This document shows, piece by piece, positions 1 through 11,349 of a DNA stretch of 64,000 nt (its first letter is position 1; each line of letters starts with the position of its first letter). The notes beneath the pieces were generated by a model. That model was not told the DNA's origin, made no database searches, and worked only from the letters and a program-made list of their open reading frames with translations. The stretch spans positions 12,896,001-12,960,000 of the forward strand of contig NC_090415.1 of NCBI RefSeq assembly GCF_036365525.1, written 5' to 3'. The position numbers and the translations under genes are program-made. The stretch is from Heterodontus francisci (lineage: Eukaryota).

Positions 1-199
1 TGTCCCTCCAACAGATTGTGCTTGTTATTGGCTTTTCTCCTACTGAAATGGTTGCTGAATTTGTTGGTCTTTTTCTCCTGGCTTCAAAGCTAACTCTCTC
101 TCCCTCTGTCTCTCTCCTAGTGTCAGAGATTGCAGGAGGGAGAGAGAGAGGAAGACGGAGAAAGACACAGAACAACCCAGCTTCTCCAATCTATCCACG

Positions 200-482
200 T
201 AACTGAAGTCCCTCATCCCTGGAACCTTGCTCGTGAATCTTTTATGCATCCTCTCTAAAGCCCCCACATCCTTCCTAAAGTATGGTGTCCAGAATTGGAC
301 ACAATACTAGATGAGGATGAAGCAGTGTTTTATAAAGCTTCATCATAACCTCCTTGCTTTTACACTCTCAGCCTCTATTTACAAAGCCTGGATCCTAAAT
401 GCCTTTTAACCACTTTCTCAACTAGCCCTGCCACCTTCAATTTGAGCACAGACATCCCCAGGTCTCTCTGTTCCTGCACCCA
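200..482 (-). mobile_element. CR1 LINE ORF2 C-terminal fragment
   Basis: Reverse complement matches the CR1 'QFWxPY.RKDV.ALER.Q.RFT' region seen in other CR1 copies here (e.g. 14268-14774). Confidence 0.7.
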
Positions 483-579
483 CTTCCTTCTCTTCTTCGG
501 TTCTCATAACACAGAGGGACAGGAGGACAGGGAGGTCGAGAAATAAGGAGGGGGAGAGAGAGAGCAAACAAACAGGAAA

Positions 580-816
580 CACGTATGGGAACACCACCAC
601 CTGCAAGTTTCCCTTCCAGTCTCACACCATCCTGACTTGGAACTACATCACTTCACTGTCACTAGGTCAAAATCCTGGACCTCACTTCCTAACAGCACTG
701 TGGGTCTATCTACCCCACATGGACTGCAGCGGTTCAAGAAGGTTCAACGGCAATTCGTGATGGGCAATAAAATGCTGGCAGAGCCAGTAATGCACACATC
801 AAACAAATGAATAAAA
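580..816 (+). mobile_element. 3' end fragment of the CR1/L2-group LINE seen at 48630-50737
   Basis: Similar to 50480-50737, including the tail GGGCAATAAA(A)TGCTGGC...GAATAAAA. Confidence 0.7.
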
Positions 817-844
817 ATAATAACTATTTGGCACCAAGTCACGA

Positions 845-3722
845 AAGGGGAGACTACTGGAGGGACAGAGAGAGAGACAGTGAGAGAAGGAGAGAGGGAG
901 TGTCAGGGAGGAAAAGACAGAGTGAGAGACAGAGAGAGAAGGAGACAGATGGAATGACGGAGGGAAGGACAGACGGAGGGATAGACAGAGAGACAGTGAT
1001 AGAAGGACAGAGAGGGAGTGTCAGGGAGGGAAAGACAGATGGAGACAGAGGCAGAGATGGAAGGAGAGAGAGGGTGTGACAGGGAGGGAAAGACAGATGG
1101 AGAGAGAGAGAGAGATAGGAGGAGAGAGAGGGAAAGACAGAGAGGGAAAGACTGATGGAGAGGGAGAGAGAGAGAGGCAGAGACGGAAGGAGAGAGAGGG
1201 AGTGACAGAAAGGGAAAGACAGATGGAGGGAAAGAGACAGAGACAGAGATAGAAGGAGAGGGAGGGAGAGACAGAGAGGGAAAGACAGATGGAAAGAAAG
1301 AGACAGAGATAGAAGGAGAGAGAGGGAAAGACGGATGGATGGACATAGAGAGAGAGGCAGAGATGGAAGGAGAGTGAGGGAGTGTCAGGGAGGGAAAGAC
1401 AGATGGAGAGACAGAGAGAGTGAGACAGAGATAGAAGGAGAGAGAGGGAGAGACAGAGAGGGAAAGACAGATGGAGAGAGGCAGAGATGGAAGGAGAGAG
1501 AGGGAGTGTCAGGGAGGGAAAGACAGATGGAGGGACAGAGAGAGAGACAGAGAGAGAGGCAGAGACAATGATAGAAGGAGAAAAACCAATGGAGGGACAG
1601 AGAGAGAGAGACAGAGAAAGAGGCAGAGACAGAGAGAGAAGGAGAGAGATGGAGTGACAGAGAGGGAAGGACAGATGGAGGGATAGAGAGAGAGAGTGAC
1701 AGAGAGAGAGGCAGAGACAGAGACAGAAGGAGAAAGACGGAGAGACAGAGAGGGAAAGACAGATGGAGGGACAGAGAGAGAGACAGAGAGAGTGGCAGAG
1801 ACAGAGATCGAAGGAGAGAGAGGGAGTGTCAGGAAGGGAAAGACAGATGGAGGGATAGAGTGAGAGACAGAGAGAGACAGAGAGAGAAAGAGAGAGACAG
1901 AGAGAGAAGGAGAGAGACGGTGTGACAGGGAGAGAAGGACAGACGGAGAGACAGAGAGGGAGAGACAGAGTGAGAAGGGGAGAGATGGAGAGACAGGGCG
2001 GGAATGACAGATGGAGGGGTAGAGAGAGTGCGACAGAGACAGAAAGAAAGAGAGCGTGTGACGGGGGGGAGGGTGGGAGGAGACTGATTGAGAGACAGAC
2101 AGAGAAAGACAGAGAGAGGAGAGAGTGGGAGAGACAGAGAGGGAAAGGCAGTTGGAGAGACAGAGAGAGAGAGTGGCAGAGATGGAAGGAGAGAGAGGTA
2201 GAGATAGAGGGNNNNNNNNNNNNNNNNNNNNNNNNNNNNNNNNNNNNNNNNNNNNNNNNNNNNNNNNNNNNNNNNNNNNNNNNNNNNNNNNNNNNNNNNN
2301 NNNNNNNNNNNNNNNNNNNNNNNNNNNNNNNNNNNNNNNNNNNNNNNNNNNNNNNNNNNNNNNNNNNNNNNNNNGAGAAGGACAGATGGAGAGACAGGGA
2401 GGGAAAGACAGATGGAGAGACAGAGAGAGAAGGAGACAGATGGAGTGACAGGGAGGGAAGGACAGATGGAGGGATAGAGGGATAGAGAGAGAGACAGAGA
2501 TAGAAGGACAGAGAGCGTGTGTCAGGGAGGGAAAGACAGATGGAGAGACAGAGACAGAAGGAGAGAGGCAGAGACAGAGAGGGAAAGACAGATGGAGGGA
2601 CAGAGAGTGCGACAGAGACAGAAAGAGAGAGAGCGTGTGACGGGGTGGGGGGGGGGGCGTGTGGGGGAGAGACAGAGAGAGAAAGACAGAGAGAGAAGGA
2701 GAGAGTGGGAGAGACAGAGAGAGAAGGAGACAGATGGAGTGACAGGGAGGGAAGGACAGATGGAGGGATAGAGGGATAGAGAGAGAGACAGAGATAGAAG
2801 GACAGAGAGCGTGTGTCAGGGAGGGAAAGACAGATGGAGAGAAAGAGACAGAAGGAGAGAGGCAGAGACAGAGAGGGAAAGACAGATGGAGGGACAGAGA
2901 GAGCGACAGAGATAGAAAGGGACAGGGAGTGACAGGGAGGGAAAGACAGATGGAGGGACAGAGAGAGAGAGCAAGGGATTGACAGGGAGAGAAAGACAGA
3001 TGGAGGGACAGAGAGAGAGACAGAGAGTGGGAGACACAGAGAGGGAGACACAGAGAGGGAGACACAGAGAGGGAGACACAGAGAGGGAGACACAGATGGA
3101 GAGACAGAGAGAGATGGAGAGAGTGGGAGAGACAGAGAGGGAAAGACAGATGGAGAGACAGAGAGAGACACAGAGATAGGAGAGAGAGGGAGAGACAGAG
3201 AGGGAAAGACAGATGGAAGGACAGAGTGAGAGACAGAGAGAGAAGGAGACAGATGGAGTGACAGGGAGGGAAGGACAGATGGAGGGATAGAGGGATAGAG
3301 AGAGAGACAGAGATAAAAGGACAGAGAGCATGTGTCAGGGAGGGAAAGACAGATGGAGAGACAGAGAGACAGAGACAGAAGGAGAGAGAAGCAGAGACAG
3401 AGAGGGAAAGACAGATGGAGGGACAGAGAGAGAAAGACAGAGAGAAAAGGAGAGAGTGGGAGAGACAGAGAGAGAAGGAGACAGATGGAGTGACAGGGAG
3501 GGAAAGACAGATGGAATGACAGAGAGAGAGAAGGAGAGATAGGGAGTGTCAGGCAGGGAAAGACAGATGGAGGGACAAAGTGAGAGACAGAGAGAGAAGG
3601 AGAGAGATGGAGTGACAGGGAGGGAAGGACAGATGGAGGGATAGAGAGAGAGAGAGACAGAGAGAGGCAGAGTCAGAGAGAGAAGGAGAGACAGAGAGCG
3701 AAAGGCAGTTGGAGTGACAGAC
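845..3722. repeat. Compound polypurine (GA-rich) satellite containing an assembly gap
   Basis: Recurrent blocks GGGAAAGACAGATGGAG(G/A)GACAGAG and GGAGTG(T/A)CAGGGAG; almost purely purine on the + strand. Confidence 0.95.
2212..2374. other. Assembly gap (run of N)
   Basis: N bases. Confidence 1.
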
Positions 3723-4165
3723 AGCGAGTATGTAAGTGTGGGAGACATTCTGTATCTGCCAGTATCTCTACTGTGCACACAGGATAGACACATTCAATAT
3801 ATGTAAGTTACTGATACTGTGTCTGTATATGTGATTCATTCTTGATCTATGAGGCTCTGGCACCCTGTTTAACTGTAGGATTCACTCTGTATCTATGTGT
3901 CTTTGTGCTGTATGTGAGTTGAGATCCTGCTGTATTCAGGACTTAAAGTGTATCTCAGGCACTGTGTTGGCAATGCTTTGTTTAACTCATTAATGTATCA
4001 ATATGTGTTTACTTGTGTTTAATTTAAAATATGGATTAACAATATTTTATTGCTGCAGGTTTTATTCAATTCTTGTTTGTGAGTTGCAGCTTGGTATCCA
4101 ATTTGTAGCTCTGCAAAAGCAATTATGAATGACGATCTTTCAAATTTAGAGCATGACCTGATTTG

Positions 4166-4490
4166 GGGCGGCACAGTGGCGCAGTGGTTAGCACCGCAGC
4201 CTCACAGCTCCAGCGACCCGGGTTCAATTCTGGGTACTGCCTGTTTGGAGTTTGCAAGTTCTCCCTGTGTCTGTGTGGGTTTCCTCCCACATGCCAAAGA
4301 CTTGCTGGTTGCCAGGTTAATTGGCCTTTATAAATTGCCCCTATTATAGGGAGGTGGTAGGGAAATATAAGGACAGGTGGGGATGCGGTAGTAATGTAGG
4401 ATTAGTATAAAATGGGTGGTTGATGGTTGGCACAGACTCGGTGGGCCGAAGGGCCTGTTTCAGTGCTGTATCTCTAACTAACTAACTATG
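4166..4490 (+). mobile_element. HE1-like tRNA-derived V-SINE
   Basis: Head GGGCGGCACAGTGGCGCAGTGGTTAGC (A box) and GGTTCAATTC (B box); V-domain GGAGTTTGCAAGTTCTCCCTGTG; CR1-type tail GGGCCGAAGGGCCTGTTTC plus (CTAA)n. Confidence 0.9.
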
Positions 4491-4779
4491 TAATGTCAAA
4501 TTCCATCTGTTTGAAGAGAATGTATTAATCGTGTATGTTGTTGTCTGATCCTTAGTGACATGTTTGGACTGCTGTGTAATTTGTAGCTCAGTTTATATTG
4601 TAGGGTATGTGATTGGGATTCATTCTGTAGCTTTCATTCAGATACATTTTGTCTGTTCTGTTTCAGATTTGATATTTGAATTGTAGCCAAGGTGACACAG
4701 TGTATTCAAATCTGATAATGTGTGTGTTTTTGGACTGTAATTGATGTATCTACCAACCAGCTGGAGTGAAATAGAAACA

Positions 4780-6020
4780 ATTCCTATCTCTACTGCTCTA
4801 TTTGACTATTGGATTGATAGTGTGTCTCTCGACCTTGGAATCAGTCTGGGTCTGACTACTTATTTTGTTTGTTACAGTGGAAATGACGACCTGACCATCT
4901 CAGTGTGCTTTGTGAATGATACTGTACCTACTGTGTATTGGAACGAGCTGGATGCACGTTTCCTTCTGTCAAGGAATCACGACTTTCATTCTGGTTCCTT
5001 CAAGTGTTTGCCTGCAGGAAAAGAAAGGTAACTCTTATACTTGAATAACAGCTGAGTGAGAAGACAGAAAAGTGATCAAAGTAATCTTTTCAATAATAAT
5101 CATTCTGAACAATCACAAAAGGAAAGTCAATGACACAAGTAGTGTCAGTGTCTGAGTCCACTGCAGTACTGCAGAACTCTGCTTCTACTTGCCAGATATT
5201 TGGAGCGGTTTTATAACAATTTTGTGACATTCAGAAACACCCCAAGCCCCGCACTGCTCCACGAATTGGAACACCCGATCGAGTAGTGACATTTGCGTAA
5301 GCCAGATTTCTATTTCCATGTCCCATTGTTCAACGGACAACAAGTAAGCACTGTTTAAAAAAGTGTCTTTAATCTTCTCACCTGGTCCCTTCAAATCTGC
5401 CGCATCTTTATTGTTCAGACATTTTTTTCTGCTATTCACTATCCAATAACAATAAATAGTGATACTGGATCTGAACCAGGAACATTCATTACTGAAGAAG
5501 GGTCACTGACCTGAAACGTTAACTCTGCTTCTCTCTCCACAGATACAGCCAGACCTGCTGAGTATTTCCAACATTTCTTGTTTTTATTTCAGATTTCCAG
5601 CATCCGCAGTATTTTGCTTTTTATTATAACATTCATTACTGTTTGGAGAGAGAAATCAGCAATGATTTTCAATAGTGAGTTCATCATATTCTGTCTCTCT
5701 CTCCCTGTCCAGACACTGCCTGAGAAAGACCTCTCCCTTCCCCCCCAGCTCACTCCATGTTCCAGGACCAGTTCCTGCTCCACAATGTACATTACAAACT
5801 GTCCCCCACTCCCGCTGAATGGACCCGGTAATCAATGCTAATCTATGAGCACATCGGCAGACACGGGCCCAAATCTGTTGTACTGCTGTGAGCAGATACT
5901 GTTTGTTCACTTACCCCAGGCTTGTAATGTCTCCATTTGCAGCTGATTTAAACAATCGTCCGCTCACTCAGTGAATGACGCTCAGAGGCAGTGCTGGGGG
6001 AAGGGCTGCGCATGCGCTCA
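4780..6020 (-). ncRNA. Putative spliced non-coding transcript, copy 1 (exon 1 ends 5915, exon 2 5470-5382, exon 3 starts 5011; 3' end unknown)
   Basis: Minus-strand donor GG|GTAAGT at 5914, acceptor TTCAG at 5471, donor CAG|GTGAGA at 5381, acceptor CCTTTCTTTTCCTGCAG at 5012; both acceptors are kept in the paralog at 45-46 kb; no long ORF. Confidence 0.4.
5492..5626 (+). mobile_element. Solo Penelope terminal repeat with hammerhead-like motif
   Basis: Matches the Penelope end at 9491-9630; flanked by direct repeat AACATTCATTACTG (5481-5494 and 5628-5641). Confidence 0.85.
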
Positions 6021-6070
6021 TCTCATTTTGACGTCCAAATCGACTGGCCTATATCGCGCGTGCGCAGATC
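5980..6070. promoter_or_regulatory. CpG-rich promoter module, copy 1 (NRF1 sites, CRE half-site)
   Basis: TGCGCATGCGC at 6007-6017, CGCGCGTGCGCA at 6055-6066, TGACGT. Confidence 0.55.
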
Positions 6071-6639
6071 TCTGCAGCAATTCAGCATTCAAAATTCAAT
6101 GGGAACTTTCCCCATTTCACATTCATCAATGTCCGATTTGAAAAGCCGAACATGGGGTTAGGGTGGAGGGAGGGAGGGAGGGGAGGTGTGGGGCAACATG
6201 TAACATATAAAACTGGCAGCTAGTCCAATGTAGATGTTCAAATTGTGATCTTTCTCTGCAGGGTGTTTGTTATTATTGAGCCTCTCCTCTCAAAACAATC
6301 CGACAGAAACATGGGAAGACTGAGGGATCCGGTGTGTTTGCTGGGACTTTGCAGAGTTAATTTCAGCCAGTAAAATGTTGTTTTACCCGGGTAAAACCCG
6401 AGGTCAATGAGAGTAATGTCGGAGGGCGCTCTTCCTCATTTTATTCTAAACAAGAGACACAGGCACGGAAGTACCGCGATTACACCGGACACACAATTAC
6501 AGTGACAATAGAGTTCCAGCTCCCGGTTGTTAAATGTCCTCATGTTGACCGTCATTGCTGTGATTCTCAGGGGTTAGTTCCCGATGCCTAGGTTTGGATC
6601 CCTTAAACACTCTGAACCAGGAGATCCTCGCAGTCCCTG

Positions 6640-7070
6640 TTGAAATGTTGATGGAGGACTTGGCTAAAGTAGACTGGAAACAAAGATTTTATGGTGGGAC
6701 AGTTGACGAGCAGTGGAGGACTTTCAAAGCAATTTTTCAAAGTGCTCAGCAAAAGTATATTCCAGTGAAAAGGAAGGACTGGAAGAAAAGGGGTAATCTG
6801 CCATGGGTGTCTCAGGAAATAAGGGAGGCTATCAAATTGAAAGAGAAGGCATACAATGTGGCCAAAAACAGCATGAAACTAGAAGATTGGGAAAACTTTA
6901 AAGGTCAACAGAAAGCCACAAAAAGAGCTATGAAGAAAAGTAAGAGAGAACATGAGAAAAAACTAGCACAGAATATAAAGACAGATAGCAAAAGTTTCTA
7001 TAAATATATAAAACGAAAAAGAGTGGCTAATGTAAATGTTGGTCCTTTAGAGGATGAGAAAGGGAATTAA
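6640..7070 (+). mobile_element. CR1 ORF2 internal fragment
   Basis: ORF 6594-7070 reads VDWK...W.TFK...PW...KLAQNIKTDSKSFYKYIKRKR, the CR1 endonuclease-RT linker. Confidence 0.85.
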
Positions 7071-7071
7071 G

Positions 7072-7152
7072 TGTTTTGTTAGAGATACAGCACTGAAACA
7101 GGCCCTTCGGCCCACCGAGTCTGTGCCGACCATCAACCACCCATTTATACTC
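7072..7152 (-). mobile_element. HE1-like SINE 3' fragment
   Basis: Reverse complement of the 4405-4480 tail. Confidence 0.8.
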
Positions 7153-8686
7153 TTTTCTTTCTTCTTTTGGGCCTCCTTATCTCGAGAGACAATGGATACG
7201 CGCCTGGAGGTGGTCAGTGGTTTGTGAAGCAGCGCCTGGAGTGGCTATAAAGGCCAATTCTGGAGTGACAGGCTCTTCCACAGGTGCTGCAGAGAAATTT
7301 GTTTGTTGGGGCTGTTGCACAGTTGGCTCTCCCCTTGCGCCTCTGTCTTTTTTCCTGCCAACTACTAAGTCTCTTCGACTCGCCACAATTTAGCCCTGTC
7401 TTTATGGCTGCCCGCCAGCTCTGGCGAATGCTGGCAACTGACTCCCACGACTTGTGATCAATGTCACACGATTTCATGTCGCGTTTGCAGACGTCTTTAT
7501 AACGGAGACATGGACGGCCGGTGGGTCTGATACCAGTGGCGAGCTCGCTGTACAATGTGTCTTTGGGGATCCTGCCATCTTCCATGCGGCTCACATGGCC
7601 AAGCCATCTCAAGCGCCGCTGACTCAGTAGTGTGTATAAGCTGGGGGTGTTGGCCACTTCAAGGACTTCTGTGTTGGAGATATAGTCCTGCCACCTGATG
7701 CCAAGTATTCTCCGAAGGCAGCGAAGATGGAATGAATTGAGACGTCGCTCTTGGCTGGCATACGTTGTCCAGGCCTCGCTGCCGTAGAGCAAGGTACTGA
7801 GGACACAGGCCTGATACACTCGGACTTTTGTGTTCCGTGTCAGTGCGCCATTTTCCCACACTCTCTTGGCCAGTCTGGACATAGCAGTGGAAGCCTTTCC
7901 CATGCGCTTGTTGATTTCTGCATCTAGAGACAGGTTACTGGTGATAGTTGAGCCTAGGTAGGTGAACTCTTGAACCACTTCCAGAGCGTGGTCGCCAATA
8001 TTGAATGGATGGAGCATTTCTGACATCCTGCCCCATGATGTTCGTTTTCTTGAGGCTGATGGTTAGGCCAAATTCATTGCAGGCAGACGCAAACCTGTCG
8101 ATGAGACTCTGCAGGCATTCTTCAGTGTGAGATGTTAAAGCAGCATCGTCAGCAAAGAGGAGTTCTCTGATGAGGACTTTCCGTACTTTGGACTTCGCTC
8201 TTAGACGGGCAAGGTTGAACAACCTGCCCCCTGATCTTGTGTGGAGGAAAATTCCTTCTTCAGAGGATTTGAACGCATGTGAAAGCAGCAGGGAGAAGAA
8301 AATCCCAAAAAGTGTGGGTGCGAGAACACAGCCCTGTTTCACACCACTCAGGATAGGAAAGGGCTCTGATGAGGAGCCACCATGTTGAATTGTGCCTTTC
8401 ATATTGTCATGGAATGAGGTGATGATACTTAGTAGCTTTGGTGGACATCCGATCTTTTCTAGTAGTCTGAAGAGACCACGTCTGCTGACGAGGTCAAAGG
8501 CTTTGGTGAGATCAATGAAAGCAATGTAGAGGGGCATCTGTTGTTCACGGCATTTCTCCTGTATCTGACGAAAGGAGAACAGCATGTCAATAGTCGATCT
8601 CTCTGCACGAAAGCCACACTGTGCCTCAGGGTAGACGCGCTCGGCCAGCTTCTGGAGCCTGTTCAGAGCGACTCGAGCAAAGACTT
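7153..8686 (-). mobile_element. RTE-clade LINE, 5'-truncated, one frameshift
   Basis: ORFs 7935-8686 and 7214-8026: QCGFR, FIDLTKAFD, GVKQGCVLAP, LLFADD, RRLRWLGHV and a C-terminal Cys/His knuckle. Confidence 0.93.
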
Positions 8687-9490
8687 TCAATAGTGAGTAC
8701 ATCATATTCTGTCTCTTTCTCCCTGTCCAGACACTGCCTGAGAAAGACCTCTCCCTTCCCCCCCCCAGCTCACTCCATGTTCCAGGACCAGTTCCTGCTC
8801 CACAATGTACATTACAAACTGTCCCCCACTCCCGCTGAATGGACCCGGTAATCAATGCTAATCTATGAGCACATCGGCAGACACGGGCCGAAATCTGTTG
8901 TACTGCTGTGAGCAGATACTGTTTGTTCACTTACCCCAGGCTTGTAATGTCTCCATTTGAAGCTGATTGAAACAATCACAGTGAATGGTGCTCAGAGGCA
9001 GAGCTGGGGGATGGGGTGCGCATGCGCTCTTCTCCGCGTTATGACGTCATTTTCGACTGTCCTTTCTCGCGCGTGAGCAGATCTCTGCAATAATTCAGCA
9101 AATAAACATCAATGGGAACATCCCCCAATGTCCACATTGAAAAGTCAAACATGGGGTTAGGGTGGAGGGAGGGAGGGGAAGTGTGGGGGAACATGGAACA
9201 TATAAAACTGGCAGCTGGTCCCATTTAGATGCTCAAATTGCGGACTCTGTCTGCAGGGTGTTTGTTACTATTGAGCCCCTCTTCTCAAAGCGACAGAAAC
9301 ATGGGAAGAATGAGGGAGCCGGTGTGTTTGCTGGGACTTTGCAGAGTTAATATCAGCCAGCAACATTTTATTTTACCCGAGTGAAAACCCAGGTCAATGA
9401 GAGTAATACCGGACGGTAATCTTCATCGTTTTATTTGAAACAAGAGACACGCGATTACACCGGACACACAAGCACAGTGAGAATAGAGCT
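8687..9490. repeat. Second copy of the promoter/exon-1 module (duplicate of ~5668-6515)
   Basis: Near-identical to copy 1 over the first ~300 bp; NRF1 motif at 9017-9027, palindromic CRE ATGACGTCAT at 9041-9050, donor at ~8933. Confidence 0.9.
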
Positions 9491-11349
9491 GAAATAAAAG
9501 CAAAATACTGCGGATGCTGGAAATCTGAAACAAAAACAAGAAATGCTGGATTCACTCAGCAGGTCTGGCAGCATCTGTGGAAAGAGAAGCAGAGTTAACG
9601 TTTCGGGTCAGTGACCCTTCTTTGGAACTGACAAATATTAGAAAAGTCACAGATTTTCAACAAGTGAGGTGGGGGTTGGGCAAGAGATAACAAAGGAGAA
9701 GGTGCAGATTGGACCAGGCCACATAGCTGACCAAAAGGTCACGGAGCAAAGGCAAACAATATGTTAATGGTGTTTTGAAAGACAAAGCATTAGTACAGAT
9801 TAGGTGTGAATATACTGAATATAGAACATCAGCAAGTGCAAACCTGAAGAAAAACAACCTGAAAAAAACAGTGGGTAAGCAAACTGAACAAACTAAGATG
9901 AAATGAAATAAATGCAAAAAATGTAAAAAGGAATGCAAAAAAAAAGGAAGAAAAAATAACTAAAAATGACTAAAAATGAAAGTAAAGTGGGGGGCTGTCA
10001 TGCTCTGAAATTATTGAACTCAATGTTCAGTCCGGCAGGCTGTAGTGTGCCTAATCGGTAGATGAGATGCTGTTCCTCGAGCTTGCATTGATGTTCACTG
10101 GAACACTGCAGCAATCCCAGGACAGAGATGTGAGCATGAGAGCAGGGGGGAGTGTTGAAATGGCAAGCAACCAGAAGCTCAGGGTCCTGCTTGCGGACTG
10201 AGCGGAGATGTTCCGCAAAGCGGTCACCCAGTCTGCGCTTGGTCTCCCCAATGTAGAGGAGACCACACTGTGAGCAGCGAATACAGTATACTACATTGAA
10301 AGAAGTACAAGTAAATCGCTGCTTCACCTGAAAGGAGTGTTTGGGGCCTGGGATAGTGAGGAGAGAGGAGGTAAATGGGCAGGTATTACACCTCCTGCGA
10401 TTGCAAGGGAAGGTGCCCTGGGACGGGGACGAGGTGGTGGGGGTAATGGAGGAGTGGACCAGGGTGTCGCGGAGGGAACGATCCCTTCGGAATGCTGACA
10501 GGGGAAGGGAGGGGAAGATGCGACTGGTAGTGGCATCACGCTGGAGGTGGCGAAAATGGCAGAGGATGATCCTTTGGATATGGAGGCTGGTGGGATGAAA
10601 AGTGAGGACAAGGGGAACCCTGTCACGGTTCTGGGAGGGAGGGGAAGGCGTGAGGGTAGAGGTGCGGGGAATGGGTCGGACACGGTTGAGGGCCCTGTCA
10701 ACCACAGTGGGGGGAAATCCTCGGTTGAGGAAAAAGGAGGTCATATCAGAAGCACCGTCATGGAAGGTAGCATCATCAGAGCAGATGCGTCGGAGACGGA
10801 GAAACTGGGAGAATGGAATGGAATCCTTACAGGAGGTAGGGTGTGAAGAAGTGTAGTCGAGGTAGCTGTGGGAGTCAGTGGGCTTATAATGGATATTGGT
10901 AGACAACCTATCCCCAGAGATGGAGACAGAGAAGTCGAGGAAGGGAAGGGAAGTGTCAGAGATGGACCATGTAAAGGTGAGAGAAGGGTGGAAATTGGAA
11001 GCAAAGTTGATAAAGTTTTCTAGTTCGGGGCGGGAGCAGGAAACGGCACCGATACAGTCATCAATGTACCGGAAAAAGAGTTGGGGGAGGGGGCCTGAGT
11101 AGGACTGGAACAAAGAATGCTCGACATATCCCACAAAAAGACAGGTATAACTAGGACCCATGCGGGTACCCATAGCGACACCTTTTACTTGAAGGAAGTG
11201 CGTGGAGTTGAAGGAGAAGTTGTTCAATGTGAGAACAAGTTCAGCCAGGCGGAGGAGGGTGGTGGTGGATGGGGACTGGTTGGGCCTCTGTTCCAGGAAG
11301 AAGCGGAGAGCCCTCAAACCATCCTGGTGGGGGATGGAGGTGTAGAGCG
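9491..11349 (-). mobile_element. Penelope-like retroelement, 5'-truncated (RT plus GIY-YIG endonuclease and terminal repeat)
   Basis: SLYTSIP, GVAMGTRMGP, FRYIDD, YKPTD; GIY-YIG VVYCIRC..CGLLYIGETKR.L..RF.EH; terminal repeat at 9491-9630. Confidence 0.95.

Noticed and set aside
807-3793. Long S/L/P-rich and R/E-rich ORFs (up to 716 aa)
   Set aside because: By-products of the stop-poor GA/CT satellite; some span the N gap
4166-4240. tRNA genes (also 15468 and 21470)
   Set aside because: A/B boxes continue into SINE bodies and tails, so these are tRNA-derived heads only
7935-8930. 331-aa ORF as a novel RT fusion gene
   Set aside because: Starts at a non-ATG codon in intron-like module sequence and reads into a truncated, frameshifted RTE
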